From a virus (taxonomy: Duplodnaviria > Caudoviricetes), in the IMG/VR virus record IMGVR_UViG_3300028800_000092, positions 1,703 through 65,702 of that record: DNA of 64,000 nucleotides, one strand, 5' to 3'. A model generated the notes under the pieces. It was not told where the DNA came from and did not search any database. It was given only the letters and a program-made list of their open reading frames with translations. Below are positions 38,086 to 46,667 of the stretch, piece after piece. A program made the translations under genes and the position numbers. The first letter of the stretch is position 1. Each line of letters starts with the position of its first letter.

Positions 38086-38226
38086 CTATTTGGACTTCTT
38101 CGCGTGCTCAGGAAGTTTCTTGCCCTTGCTGGCCGCGTCCCATTCGCTTACATTAACACCTTGTTTCTCTAGCTCTTTTTTATGCGCATGAAAATAGCCC
38201 GCTTGAGCCTTGGATTTATATGGCAT
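38086..38226 (-). CDS. Small basic phage protein (46 aa, not in ORF track)
   Basis: Hand translation MPYKSKAQAGYFHAHKKELEKQGVNVSEWDAASKGKKLPEHAKKSK; AAGGA RBS. Confidence 0.65.
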   Translation of the reverse strand: MPYKSKAQAGYFHAHKKELEKQGVNVSEWDAASKGKKLPEHAKKSK

Positions 38227-38230
38227 ACAT

Positions 38231-38548
38231 TTATTCCTTTAAGAACGGCACTAGCTCCGGGTTATCTCGTAGCGTCTGCAACAGCACCGGACTCATAATG
38301 GTAATGAACTCTTCATCTGTGCCCTGCTCTAGCATCCCCGGATAGGTGCAGGCATGTAGAATCTCGTGCATTAATATCTCCGGGAGCAGGCTCTTTGAAA
38401 GCCGGGAGATTATCCAAATCTGCTGTAGGTCGGGGTCATAGAGGCCCAGACACGGCTCGCCCTTTTCATCAAGAGGCATAGCCTTCTTCGGCTTCCGAAG
38501 CACGGCGACTTCGTGCGCACCTACTTTAATTGTCTTGGGAATTGGCAT
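38231..38548 (-). CDS. Small zincin-like HExxH protein
   Basis: CLGLYD....IWI, LMHEILHA, DEEFI. Confidence 0.7.
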   Translation of the reverse strand: MPIPKTIKVGAHEVAVLRKPKKAMPLDEKGEPCLGLYDPDLQQIWIISRLSKSLLPEILMHEILHACTYPGMLEQGTDEEFITIMSPVLLQTLRDNPELVPFLKE

Positions 38549-38729
38549 TACCTAATCCATTCCATTGTGTGACAATGTTTACAAGCACAATAGCCACAAT
38601 CTAACTCATACCAAACATGTAAATCTAGTGCACACAATAGTTTACGCCAATAGCTCATAGAAAATTTGCCCCGATATTATGAACCCCTCGGAGCCGGGGG
38701 AGACACCTTGTGTAAGGTGTTAATTCATA

Positions 38730-38821
38730 TAACTTGTGCACCCTACAGAGGCGATTACCGATCTGAACACAAGTTAGCAGCTTCGGGTCGTTCGTGCCTT
38801 GTACACGACTCTGTAGGGCGC
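38730..38821 (-). ncRNA. Pseudoknot-capable structured element downstream of SSB
   Basis: Interleaved helices 38730-38738/38768-38776 and 38738-38750/38809-38821. Confidence 0.4.
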
Positions 38822-38830
38822 TTCTTTCTC

Positions 38831-39274
38831 TTAGGCAGCCGGAGCTACGCTAAAGAGGTTCATATTGGCCCGAGGATTCGGGTACTCGTCCGTCGGCTTG
38901 CTATGGCTCACAGTCGCTCGGAAGTGTGCACCAGCAGCCCGGTTCAGGTACTCGACCGGGTCCTCGCCTGCATTAATGTCAATGCCCAGAGCCATTTCCA
39001 AGCGCTTGAGCGCCTTGGGGCTCCAGTCATTGGGCTCGCCCTTACGGTTCAAGGAACTCGGGTCCGGATACCGGAAGAACAGCTTGCGTCCAGTGAAGTC
39101 GCCCTCGGTAACAATAGTCGCGTTCGCTTCAATGTTCCCAGGATACAGTTCACTGTACTTCGCACCGTTCAGGCTAAACGTATATTCAGCCGCGGGTACG
39201 ATCTCAGGCTGCGTATTGATATCCGAAAAGTTAATAGTCGTCCAAGTGTTGGTCATAATTTCAGTTGCTGGCAT
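38831..39274 (-). CDS. Single-stranded DNA-binding protein (DUF669-like OB fold)
   Basis: VPAAEY, EGDFTGRKLF pattern; next to Sak4/Cas4-like genes. Confidence 0.65.
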   Translation of the reverse strand: MPATEIMTNTWTTINFSDINTQPEIVPAAEYTFSLNGAKYSELYPGNIEANATIVTEGDFTGRKLFFRYPDPSSLNRKGEPNDWSPKALKRLEMALGIDINAGEDPVEYLNRAAGAHFRATVSHSKPTDEYPNPRANMNLFSVAPAA

Positions 39275-39287
39275 TTGCCCCTTTTCT

Positions 39288-39342
39288 ATTGAATTAGTCT
39301 CTAATTGGCGTTGGTTTCTGACGAAGGCTAGGAGTTTATTTT
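39288..39342 (-). promoter_or_regulatory. Putative phage ECF-sigma promoter, copy 1
   Basis: Minus strand AAAATAAA-N11-CGTCAGAAACC-N11-GAGACTAATTCAAT; same boxes and spacing at 42782-42836. Confidence 0.75.
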
Positions 39343-39365
39343 CAGGCTACGGAGCACCTAGCGCT

Positions 39366-39559
39366 CTCCGGCCCTGCGATCAGAACTGTAGTCGCCTCCA
39401 GAGGAGACACAATAAGGTGGGTTATTAGAGTTATCCAAAGTCCCGCCTGCAGGAATCGTGCCAGAGGGGCACGTCCAGTTGCCTTTCCAAGTTGGCGGCT
39501 CTGTTCTGAGCTGTAAGGTGTCGAGTTAATCACCCCCTCTCGGGAGCGGAGGCTCGGAG
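39366..39559 (-). ncRNA. Multibranched structured intergenic RNA candidate
   Basis: Nested CTCCG/CGGAG, GCCTCC/GGAGGC, GACAC/GTGTC, GAGA tetraloop, four inner hairpins. Confidence 0.45.
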
Positions 39560-39865
39560 TTACTTCTTCGGTGCCGGGCTAGGGTCCTTAGCGAGTGGTT
39601 GGTCAGCGCCGCAGGCCCAATTGGAACCAACGTAGCCGAGTGTGAACCCGTCGCCGCAGTAGGACTTCTGTAGTTGAACGAACTGCGCCTGTAGCTTATC
39701 GCTCTGTTCCTGTAGCTTAACGGCCTTAAGTTCCATTTGGGTTAGGAGCAGCTTCTGCGCGTCCGTTAACTGTGGGGCCTTGGGGGCTACGGGACTCTTG
39801 GCCTGTCCATGTAGGGCCAAGGCTGCGAGCAGGATTGCGGGTAGGACTGTTGCTTTAATGTTCAT
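39560..39865 (-). CDS. Small exported coiled-coil protein
   Basis: MNIKATVLPAILLAALALHG|Q leader; two Cys near C-terminus. Confidence 0.65.
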   Translation of the reverse strand: MNIKATVLPAILLAALALHGQAKSPVAPKAPQLTDAQKLLLTQMELKAVKLQEQSDKLQAQFVQLQKSYCGDGFTLGYVGSNWACGADQPLAKDPSPAPKK

Positions 39866-40053
39866 AGCTTACAGAGCCGCAGTAGTAACAGCAATTGTCA
39901 TAAGCATTGAATCTTGCGCTTGCTGCAACTCTCGTTCTTCTCTCTCTTGTTTAGACTTGCGTTCTTTTTCAACGCGTGTGTGTTCGCTGTGTTCGTGGCT
40001 ATCAGTAGACATACTTAACGTAGGTTCCTGTCTTCTTTGTGAATGAACGCTTC

Positions 40054-40890
40054 TTACGCGGGGTTACTGACTTCTTTTCCTTTGAGACTGTCAATGTATC
40101 CTTTCCGAATCTTGTTTAGCAAGTCCATGAATGTACCCTTGCCGGTCGCGGGGTCGAAGATTTCCTCTTGTTCAAGGAGCGGCTTTAAGGTTACGTTATT
40201 CCGACATTTAGCTACCGTGCCCTTGCCATCGGACTGCGTAATGAAGTACCGCTCCGTATATCGACTCTTTGCATCGTTCTTATCTCGAAGCATAGGCCGA
40301 GTACGCAAGCGAAGCACAATATCGAACATAGCAGTAGAGCCAAGGAACATTTGCCCCGGCAGATCAGGCCCGATGATAAGCTCCGCCTGTCCGTTCTCTG
40401 GGTCTGGCTTGTCATACCTCTCCGTTGCTGTAACTATAATATGCTTGTCAGGGTTGCAGTCGATAAGTCTACCGAGGGTTCGCCGGGTGATTTCACCCAT
40501 AACACCGTAATCGTCAAGCTCGGGGACACCCTTCCTACGTTTCTCAGAGTCGCCCTGCTTTCGCGGAATAGCCAGAGCGAAATCTTTAATGAAACTCTTA
40601 ACCATCGCAGAAAGAGAGTCAAGGACAAGCGTTTCTTTGTCCTTGAATATACCCCCGCCAGCGAAGGCTTCAAAGTCCGATAAACTCGTAGGAGTGACAT
40701 AATCATATCCTGCATCGGCGATACTTAGTAGTCCGTTTCCGTGACCAGTTTCACAAGCGGCGAAGCCGGGGTTGGGGGCGGTGCCGGCCCAGGTGGTCTT
40801 GCCGCATCCGGGGAGGCTATAGACTAGAACCTTTAGCTTTAGCTTCTCCGGTTCAATGAGGGTCTTAGTGTTTTGAATCTGTAGGCTCAA
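40054..40890 (-). CDS. Sak4-like AAA_24 ATPase (ssDNA annealing)
   Basis: VLVYSLPGCGKTT, TLVLDSLS, DYG, FDIV. Confidence 0.85.
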   Translation of the reverse strand: MSLQIQNTKTLIEPEKLKLKVLVYSLPGCGKTTWAGTAPNPGFAACETGHGNGLLSIADAGYDYVTPTSLSDFEAFAGGGIFKDKETLVLDSLSAMVKSFIKDFALAIPRKQGDSEKRRKGVPELDDYGVMGEITRRTLGRLIDCNPDKHIIVTATERYDKPDPENGQAELIIGPDLPGQMFLGSTAMFDIVLRLRTRPMLRDKNDAKSRYTERYFITQSDGKGTVAKCRNNVTLKPLLEQEEIFDPATGKGTFMDLLNKIRKGYIDSLKGKEVSNPA

Positions 40891-41098
40891 TATCCTCTTC
40901 CTTTTTAGGGGCTAGTCGCTCTAGGGCAAAGTGTGCATTCGTAACTAGAGCTATTGCGTGCATGACCGCATCGTTGCAATCCTTGCCACTGTACTGTAAA
41001 GCATCCGTAGTCGCGTAAATCCCTGGCTTGCAATTCTTAATTAAGAATTGGTTAGCAATTACCGCAACAGCCGTTTGATCTACTGGTACCGGTTTCAA
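40865..41098 (-). CDS. Hypothetical protein
   Basis: Overlap-coupled in operon. Confidence 0.5.
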   Translation of the reverse strand: MKPVPVDQTAVAVIANQFLIKNCKPGIYATTDALQYSGKDCNDAVMHAIALVTNAHFALERLAPKKEEDIEPTDSKH

Positions 41099-41286
41099 GC
41101 GCAGTCGTCCTCTTCTTCTTCCTCTTCAATGACCTCAGTGGACACTACTTCCCTGTCCATGATGTTCCCTTCCTCGCCGTCGTCGAGCCACTCTTCGGCT
41201 ATAGACTCGGCGGCTTCGGGGCTTGTGGCGTCTACAGAGTACGCGTGGGTTACGCATTCAGTTACTTCTACGATGTAGGATTTCAT
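41095..41286 (-). CDS. Small acidic protein
   Basis: V.A.S.E.A motif; poly-Glu tail. Confidence 0.65.
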   Translation of the reverse strand: MKSYIVEVTECVTHAYSVDATSPEAAESIAEEWLDDGEEGNIMDREVVSTEVIEEEEEEDDCA

Positions 41287-41553
41287 TTAGGACTCCCGTG
41301 GGAAATAGCGATACTTCATTACAGTTAACCAGCAGCTAGTTTCAATGATACCGATAACGAACGGTAACTGAAACCCGAAGGAAAGGAATAGGTATCCAAA
41401 GAACGTGATACATGCAGAGGTAAAGAGCCAGATAGAACCAGTCGGAATACCTTTAGCGTTCCCATTTCGGATGGCTTGATAGGCCATCGGGAGACAAGCC
41501 GCTCCAAAGAGGGAGCCTCCAATTAGGCCAAGGGCGTCTAGTAGTTGTTTCAT
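41287..41553 (-). CDS. SemiSWEET/PQ-loop-like 3-TM protein
   Basis: LGLIGG.LF....LPMAYQAIR.G.AKGI pattern, three TM segments. Confidence 0.65.
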   Translation of the reverse strand: MKQLLDALGLIGGSLFGAACLPMAYQAIRNGNAKGIPTGSIWLFTSACITFFGYLFLSFGFQLPFVIGIIETSCWLTVMKYRYFPRES

Positions 41554-41673
41554 ATGTGTCCGTCTTGTTCCATACGTGCAGCACACGCTTCAAGGTAATT
41601 GCGAATTGTGTCGCCTTGATAGTCGCGTTCATACCTAAAGTTCCGTGCGAGCGCTAAGATTACTTCGGCTATT

Positions 41674-42486
41674 TTACGTCGGGAGGTACGGGGTGACGGG
41701 TTCAAAGTATTTGTCTCTCACAATCGGCTCTAACTGAACTATCTGACATTCACCTACTACATGCGCCGCATAAGCTTCACATCTCCATCCCCCATTGTGA
41801 CAATTCTTCGTGAACCTGGGGTACATTCCCTGTAGGCTCTCTAGCTCTGTGATCTTGTCTGCGATGTATATGATATCCCGAATCGCATTAGCTTGCTGAG
41901 CCTTCGTGCGTTGTAGGCTATCGCGTCGAAAGGACGGGGGCAGGCGACCAGCAGGGGAACGCCTAGTAAGTACGTCAAGGGTAATACTATCGAAAGGTTC
42001 ACCGTAGATTTGCTCTGCGGCCCATTGATATAGGCCGACTTGGGCTTTAGCTGCCCAGACTTCAGGTAAGTTAGCTCTACTTGTGCGAGACTCGGTCTTA
42101 TGGTCCATCAGGCCTAGGCGGCCCGATTCGTTATCTCTATAGATAACGTCCATCTTTCCGATCAGGATGTGCGGGCTAGACGGGAGGGGCACCTCAAAGT
42201 ACCTCTCTACATCAACTACAGCAAACGGCTCTACAGGGTACTGCGCCTTGTAGGCTTCAAAGAGTTCTTGGGCTTCGGCTTCTACTAGAGGGTCACCCAG
42301 GGAGATATCTTCCCCGAGAACACCCGGTTCTCGTAAGGCGAAATGACCCTCTAGTAACTTGTGAATCCTTGTTCCAAACTCCAGCGCGCCCCCGGCACCC
42401 TTTCGAGTCCAGCCGTTGATGTAGCGTTCCTGATACAATGCAGGACAGCTAGTGAAGGCCTCCGCTGCTGAGTTATCTATCTTCAA
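41674..42486 (-). CDS. Cas4/RecB-like PD-(D/E)xK exonuclease
   Basis: SCP, FGTRIH..LE, VE, GKMD, DHKT, Q..LY, C....CE. Confidence 0.85.
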   Translation of the reverse strand: MKIDNSAAEAFTSCPALYQERYINGWTRKGAGGALEFGTRIHKLLEGHFALREPGVLGEDISLGDPLVEAEAQELFEAYKAQYPVEPFAVVDVERYFEVPLPSSPHILIGKMDVIYRDNESGRLGLMDHKTESRTSRANLPEVWAAKAQVGLYQWAAEQIYGEPFDSITLDVLTRRSPAGRLPPSFRRDSLQRTKAQQANAIRDIIYIADKITELESLQGMYPRFTKNCHNGGWRCEAYAAHVVGECQIVQLEPIVRDKYFEPVTPYLPT

Positions 42487-42490
42487 CTAA

Positions 42491-42742
42491 CTAAAGAGCT
42501 TCCACGCTTTGAATACACCCTACAGGTATCGCCAGCGGGCACAACACCGCATCGTCGTCGAGGCTACTTGACACCACGACCTTCTCGGCATCCACATGAG
42601 CAAGGTAACCTATAGTGGTTACATGCCCCACGTCGGCACGTTTGGCCTGTAGGCTAGCGTAGTGCCAGCCACTCTGGAACTTACTGTCTACCCAAGTCAC
42701 CTTTACGGGGGTCTTGAGTGGTATTTCCTTTGTTATCATCAT
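42491..42742 (-). CDS. Conserved small phage protein
   Basis: V.VTWVDS...GW, TIGYL, IP.GCI. Confidence 0.65.
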   Translation of the reverse strand: MMITKEIPLKTPVKVTWVDSKFQSGWHYASLQAKRADVGHVTTIGYLAHVDAEKVVVSSSLDDDAVLCPLAIPVGCIQSVEAL

Positions 42743-42781
42743 CTTTGAACTTCGGCTCTGGTGGCCGATTTACGCGGCATC

Positions 42782-42836
42782 ATTGAATTAGTCTCCCGCT
42801 AGGCGCGGTTTCTGACGCGGCGCGAAAATTTATTTT
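42782..42836 (-). promoter_or_regulatory. Putative phage ECF-sigma promoter, copy 2
   Basis: Identical boxes and spacing to 39288-39342; intergenic, upstream of recombination genes. Confidence 0.75.
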
Positions 42837-42862
42837 TCGGCACCGTGAACGTAAAACTTACG

Positions 42863-43405
42863 CTAATTGGCATCTTCCAGTAAATTCAACATAATACGGG
42901 CCTTGTACTTATCTGGATGCGCCACAAATTTGTCGAAGTTCACTGGGCGATAGGCGGTGTACTCCACAGCAAAGAGGCGATGAAAAGCTTTTGCCTTGTA
43001 ATACGGATGCACCTCTCGTGTGAAGTTATGTAAGTGCCCATGAATGTTAATGTTACAGCCGTCCGCCAGACTCGTACTCGGTTCGTGTGTGAGCCAACAG
43101 TTACGATACTTGAGCGCTTGGCACGCGAACGAGAACCCCTGGTCCATCCACCAGTCTGGCCCGTGCATACGGTCGTGATTCCCTAGTACGAGAATCTTTC
43201 GGCCCGGAAGCTCGGCGAGAATGTCCTTTACTTTCCGTCGGTTACCGATAGCTACATCACCTAGGTGAAGAACTAGGTCCTCTGGCTTCACTATCTCTTG
43301 CCAACGCTTGATAAGCAAGTCCGTAAAGTTCCCAGGGCGCTTGCAGTACGTAGCGATCTTATCGTGGTTAAAATGCGTGTCAGAGATCAACCAAGTGACT
43401 TTCAT
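42863..43405 (-). CDS. Metallophosphoesterase
   Basis: SDTHFNH, LGD, GNHD, THEP, HGHLH. Confidence 0.88.
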   Translation of the reverse strand: MKVTWLISDTHFNHDKIATYCKRPGNFTDLLIKRWQEIVKPEDLVLHLGDVAIGNRRKVKDILAELPGRKILVLGNHDRMHGPDWWMDQGFSFACQALKYRNCWLTHEPSTSLADGCNINIHGHLHNFTREVHPYYKAKAFHRLFAVEYTAYRPVNFDKFVAHPDKYKARIMLNLLEDAN

Positions 43406-43782
43406 TTCTTAAGCACCCAAACCTGCTCGGCCCACATACGTTCAAGTTCTACTTCGTCCCCACGGTCAATGGCATCCATGACAGCCTCTTCAGCCTCTAC
43501 TAGGGCCTTGGGCAGCGGGTCCCGTGTCATTCGCCTACGTCTATCAAACATAAGGAGTAACTGGTCCCCGAGAGCGGATTCAGGCTTTCGTTCGGCCTTG
43601 GGCTGGCTACGCCTTATATGATACAGACGTAGCGCTTCGGCCTCGACAAGAGCCTCTACGGCCTTCTGAGGCTCCGGGCCGAGCATCTCTAGAGCGAAGG
43701 CGGACAATTCTACGACGATCATAATAGCTTCCGGTACAGGCGTGCCATCCCCCAAGCGAACTGCACCCATGGAACGGGCCAC
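43402..43782 (-). CDS. Hypothetical protein
   Basis: Overlaps start of the phosphoesterase gene. Confidence 0.5.
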   Translation of the reverse strand: MARSMGAVRLGDGTPVPEAIMIVVELSAFALEMLGPEPQKAVEALVEAEALRLYHIRRSQPKAERKPESALGDQLLLMFDRRRRMTRDPLPKALVEAEEAVMDAIDRGDEVELERMWAEQVWVLKK

Positions 43783-43853
43783 GGGCCTTGCTTCGCTATA
43801 GCCTGGTTACGGGTGGCCCATAGGAAACAGAAGAAGTTACACAACGTGTGCAT

Positions 43854-44021
43854 TTAAGGGTTCCAATCTCCGCGTTCGATTTTATCAAGGGCATGACCAA
43901 CAAGTAACACGAAACCCCCGACCATAAAGAACATCCCTGCGGCCGCGATCTTGTTCCCATACGCGGCGTAATTGAACAACCAGCCCGCAACGCCTGCGAT
44001 TCCGGCAAAGACCCATTTCAT
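43854..44021 (-). CDS. 55-aa two-TM membrane peptide (not in ORF track)
   Basis: Hand translation MKWVFAGIAGVAGWLFNYAAYGNKIAAAGMFFMVGGFVLLVGHALDKIERGDWNP; AAGGAG upstream. Confidence 0.55.
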   Translation of the reverse strand: MKWVFAGIAGVAGWLFNYAAYGNKIAAAGMFFMVGGFVLLVGHALDKIERGDWNP

Positions 44022-44022
44022 G

Positions 44023-44177
44023 GTGTCACAATTCTCCTTGTAAGTTATTGATTCTTGGTGTCATGACTTTTCACCAATATGTACAGGGTGGGGGGGGGGG
44101 GAGTGGGTGTCTTACACATATACAGCGTGACAAAGGTGACACCTGTTTTCATGGAGTTACGGGCGAAATTGTGACAC
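44023..44177. repeat. Inverted-arm element with TGTCA boxes, IHF-like site and central G-tract (origin-like)
   Basis: GTGTCACAATT 44023-33 / AATTGTGACAC 44167-77; G12 at 44090-44101; related arm at 63916-64000. Confidence 0.7.
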
Positions 44178-44430
44178 GGCCCTTTAACCGCCGTAGTCCA
44201 GCGTCCGGCCACCCCGAAAATATGCCTCTTGGGCTTCGCAGATTCCGTTGTAGATAAGTTCGTAAAGCTCGTCAACAGAGAGGTCCACGCTGTAAAAAAC
44301 CCCCACGGCATCCGTAGCGATACGCCGCGCAATAGTATCTGCGGAACTACTCACGCCCTCACCGCCCCCAGGTGCGCATCGGGCACGGTAGGCTTCGGAC
44401 GCACCACTGGCGCACAATCACACGGCGTCT

Positions 44431-44757
44431 CTATGTCGTAGAACTGATGGCACTTGGAGCAGACTTCGAGTCGTCCTTTCCAATTAACGGGAATTCCAGC
44501 AGTGATTCGCATGGTTGTGGGCGGTCCCCTCCTCGGGACTTGGGCTTGTGGCCGATGTGGTAATGGAGTCCGTACGGACACTTGTAGACCTGTAGGGGCC
44601 TAGTGGGCCGAGTGTCATGCTCGGCTGTGGCCTTGAGGATAGTCTCCGCGTGGGACAATGTAGAGTACTGGCGCTTACGGAAGCAGCAGGTTCGAAAGTG
44701 CCAATACTTGTGTTTGGGGGAGATCATATACCTGCACCGGACTCGTTTAGGAGACAC
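44431..44757 (-). CDS. Small basic Cys/His protein
   Basis: C.RK..YST...A ... VYKCPYG.HYHI. Confidence 0.55.
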   Translation of the reverse strand: MSPKRVRCRYMISPKHKYWHFRTCCFRKRQYSTLSHAETILKATAEHDTRPTRPLQVYKCPYGLHYHIGHKPKSRGGDRPQPCESLLEFPLIGKDDSKSAPSAISSTT

Positions 44758-44884
44758 TCGGCATAGCCGGCGTCGTGGCCTTGACAGTACCCGTCGTCAA
44801 AAATCGCTTGGACTAACGCCTTTATTTCCTCAGCGGACCTACGAGTAAGTATCGCTTCAGCAATAGCGTTCCATGCCTCTTTGT

Positions 44885-45703
44885 TCACATCAACACCTTC
44901 CACGCTTCACGAAAGTCTACATCAACCGGAAACTGAACGCTCTTGACACCTACACCTAGAACCCGCTCCGAAACCCGCTTCGCATTAACGTCGTCCCCGA
45001 AGTACTCGAATATACGGCGGAGACGCATGTAGCCTGGCCGGAGACCAAGGGCATCAAGGGCCGCTTGTGGGTCAACAGCGCAGAGCTTGGCACCTGTGAG
45101 GCATAGGAACGTAGTCTTGGGATGAAAGAGCCAAGAGGCCATTGTACGATACTCAGTACGAAAAGGGGGCTGCGGTAGGTAGCCCCCTGCTCCTGGTACA
45201 CGTACATCTCCAAACCTCCCATACCCGTGCATCTCGCCCCGACGGTGCTCAGACTCTTCGCGGGGGAGAATATCCAGCGTCTCTAGACACTTAGTGAACT
45301 TGTCAAGCGCCTTGACACGGAGGTTATGTTGCGTGGAAAACACACGCATGTCATCGTGTTCATAGGGCGTCAAGTCCAGATGCACATGCCCCCCGATGGG
45401 CATTTGGCGGTACATGCGATTTGGGTTAATTAACGCTCGTGCTTGCCATTTAGGGAGAGCTCCCGCTCGTAGCTTTCCGATACCCTCCGCTTGAAGCGGC
45501 TCCGAGAGAATAATGCGCTTGAGTCGTAATGTCAACGTCCGGGTGTCCTTACTCGGCTCCGGGTGCAGCTCAGCCACATCCCCTCCGTGGTCAATGCCTA
45601 TAGGGCCATCGTGGTCCATTGGCAAGACCAGTAGCGCTCCCGCCTTATCGTAGGCCACGAACTCCGGGTCACAACCGACTAGAAATTTATTTAACAGCGC
45701 CAA
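44885..45703 (-). CDS. phiEco32-like COOH-NH2 ligase type 2, paralog 1
   Basis: GCDPEF, GID, ELHPEP, GGHVHL, YGRFGDVR, EYRT. Confidence 0.85.
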   Translation of the reverse strand: MALLNKFLVGCDPEFVAYDKAGALLVLPMDHDGPIGIDHGGDVAELHPEPSKDTRTLTLRLKRIILSEPLQAEGIGKLRAGALPKWQARALINPNRMYRQMPIGGHVHLDLTPYEHDDMRVFSTQHNLRVKALDKFTKCLETLDILPREESEHRRGEMHGYGRFGDVRVPGAGGYLPQPPFRTEYRTMASWLFHPKTTFLCLTGAKLCAVDPQAALDALGLRPGYMRLRRIFEYFGDDVNAKRVSERVLGVGVKSVQFPVDVDFREAWKVLM

Positions 45704-46205
45704 GTAATTCCCTCACTTTCGAGCGCATACGCGATAACCGCTGGTACACGGTGTCTATATTAATCCCGAGCCTCTCTGCGATGTCCTGCGCCGTATAGCC
45801 ACAGACAACGGAGTCGAACAGGTCCCGGTCATAGTCCGAGAGCTGTTTACGTATGTCGTCCGTCAAGAGCCCGAGTTCAAGTTCATTCCAGTTCAAGGCC
45901 GGAGCATCTACTTCAAGCTGATCGGTAACGGAGTCCTGTTGCTCTCGGTACGCGTCACGGACCTTGTTCATAACGAGCGCATGGTACCAAGTGCGGAACT
46001 TGCTCAGACCCGTCCAGGCTATAGGGTGCAGGAGTACATATACCGCGCAATTGTTCGCAATGTCCTGTGTCTTCTCGTAGCCGAGGCTCGAATAACATAG
46101 GTTCTTTGCGTAGACCCGGAGTTCAGATACGAGCCGCCGTTCAATGTCCGGTGTACGTTCATCGCGCCAGGCTATAAAGAGGGCGTCCTCTAATTGTTCG
46201 GGCAC
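45687..46205 (-). CDS. ECF-type RNA polymerase sigma factor
   Basis: Region 2 SKFRTW...VMNKVRDAYR; region 4 GYTAQDIAERLGINIDTVYQRLSR. Confidence 0.85.
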   Translation of the reverse strand: MPEQLEDALFIAWRDERTPDIERRLVSELRVYAKNLCYSSLGYEKTQDIANNCAVYVLLHPIAWTGLSKFRTWYHALVMNKVRDAYREQQDSVTDQLEVDAPALNWNELELGLLTDDIRKQLSDYDRDLFDSVVCGYTAQDIAERLGINIDTVYQRLSRMRSKVRELLGAVK

Positions 46206-46667
46206 TTATGTCTCCTCTTCATATAGCATAGTGAGTATTGGCTCGTCCTCTTCGGCTGTAGAGACTACGTCTTCATTGAGTTCGTAGTCTTCAAGGTCAA
46301 GGTCGATCTCCCCGCGTGCGAGGCACATACAACAAATGTTTTCATATGAATCGCTAGCGCAAGAGAGACATATATCCTTGCCGCAAACAGGGCACTTTAG
46401 CTCTGCATGGTGCTCGCAGCCGGGAGTGCTACAGAAGGCCTTGTCGCCTTTAACAATGACTTTAGCGTCAAGGATAAGGGCGTCTTGCTCCGCTTCGAGA
46501 CACTCCGGGCAAGCGAATTGGGTCAAGGGCATATCGTCACGGGCGATTTCTGTAGGAGTAATAACGGTTCCGTGATACCCGCAGTGAAACTTTTTGGTCC
46601 GAGGGTGATACTCTACGAACTCGGTGCCAGGGAGGATTATAGAGGGTTTTACGGGAAAGTAGGTCAT
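46206..46667 (-). CDS. Multi-Cys zinc-finger protein with acidic tail
   Basis: Several CxxC/CxxH pairs. Confidence 0.65.
   Translation of the reverse strand: MTYFPVKPSIILPGTEFVEYHPRTKKFHCGYHGTVITPTEIARDDMPLTQFACPECLEAEQDALILDAKVIVKGDKAFCSTPGCEHHAELKCPVCGKDICLSCASDSYENICCMCLARGEIDLDLEDYELNEDVVSTAEEDEPILTMLYEEET

Noticed and set aside
38730-38821. HDV-like ribozyme
   Set aside because: Pseudoknot order is similar but no P1.1 or J4/2 catalytic segment can be placed on either strand
38666-39428. Two long + strand ORFs (208 and 187 aa)
   Set aside because: Antisense to SSB and its promoter; no RBS or motifs
41674-42486. CRISPR-Cas locus from the Cas4-like nuclease
   Set aside because: No repeat-spacer array or other cas genes seen; context is Sak4/SSB recombination
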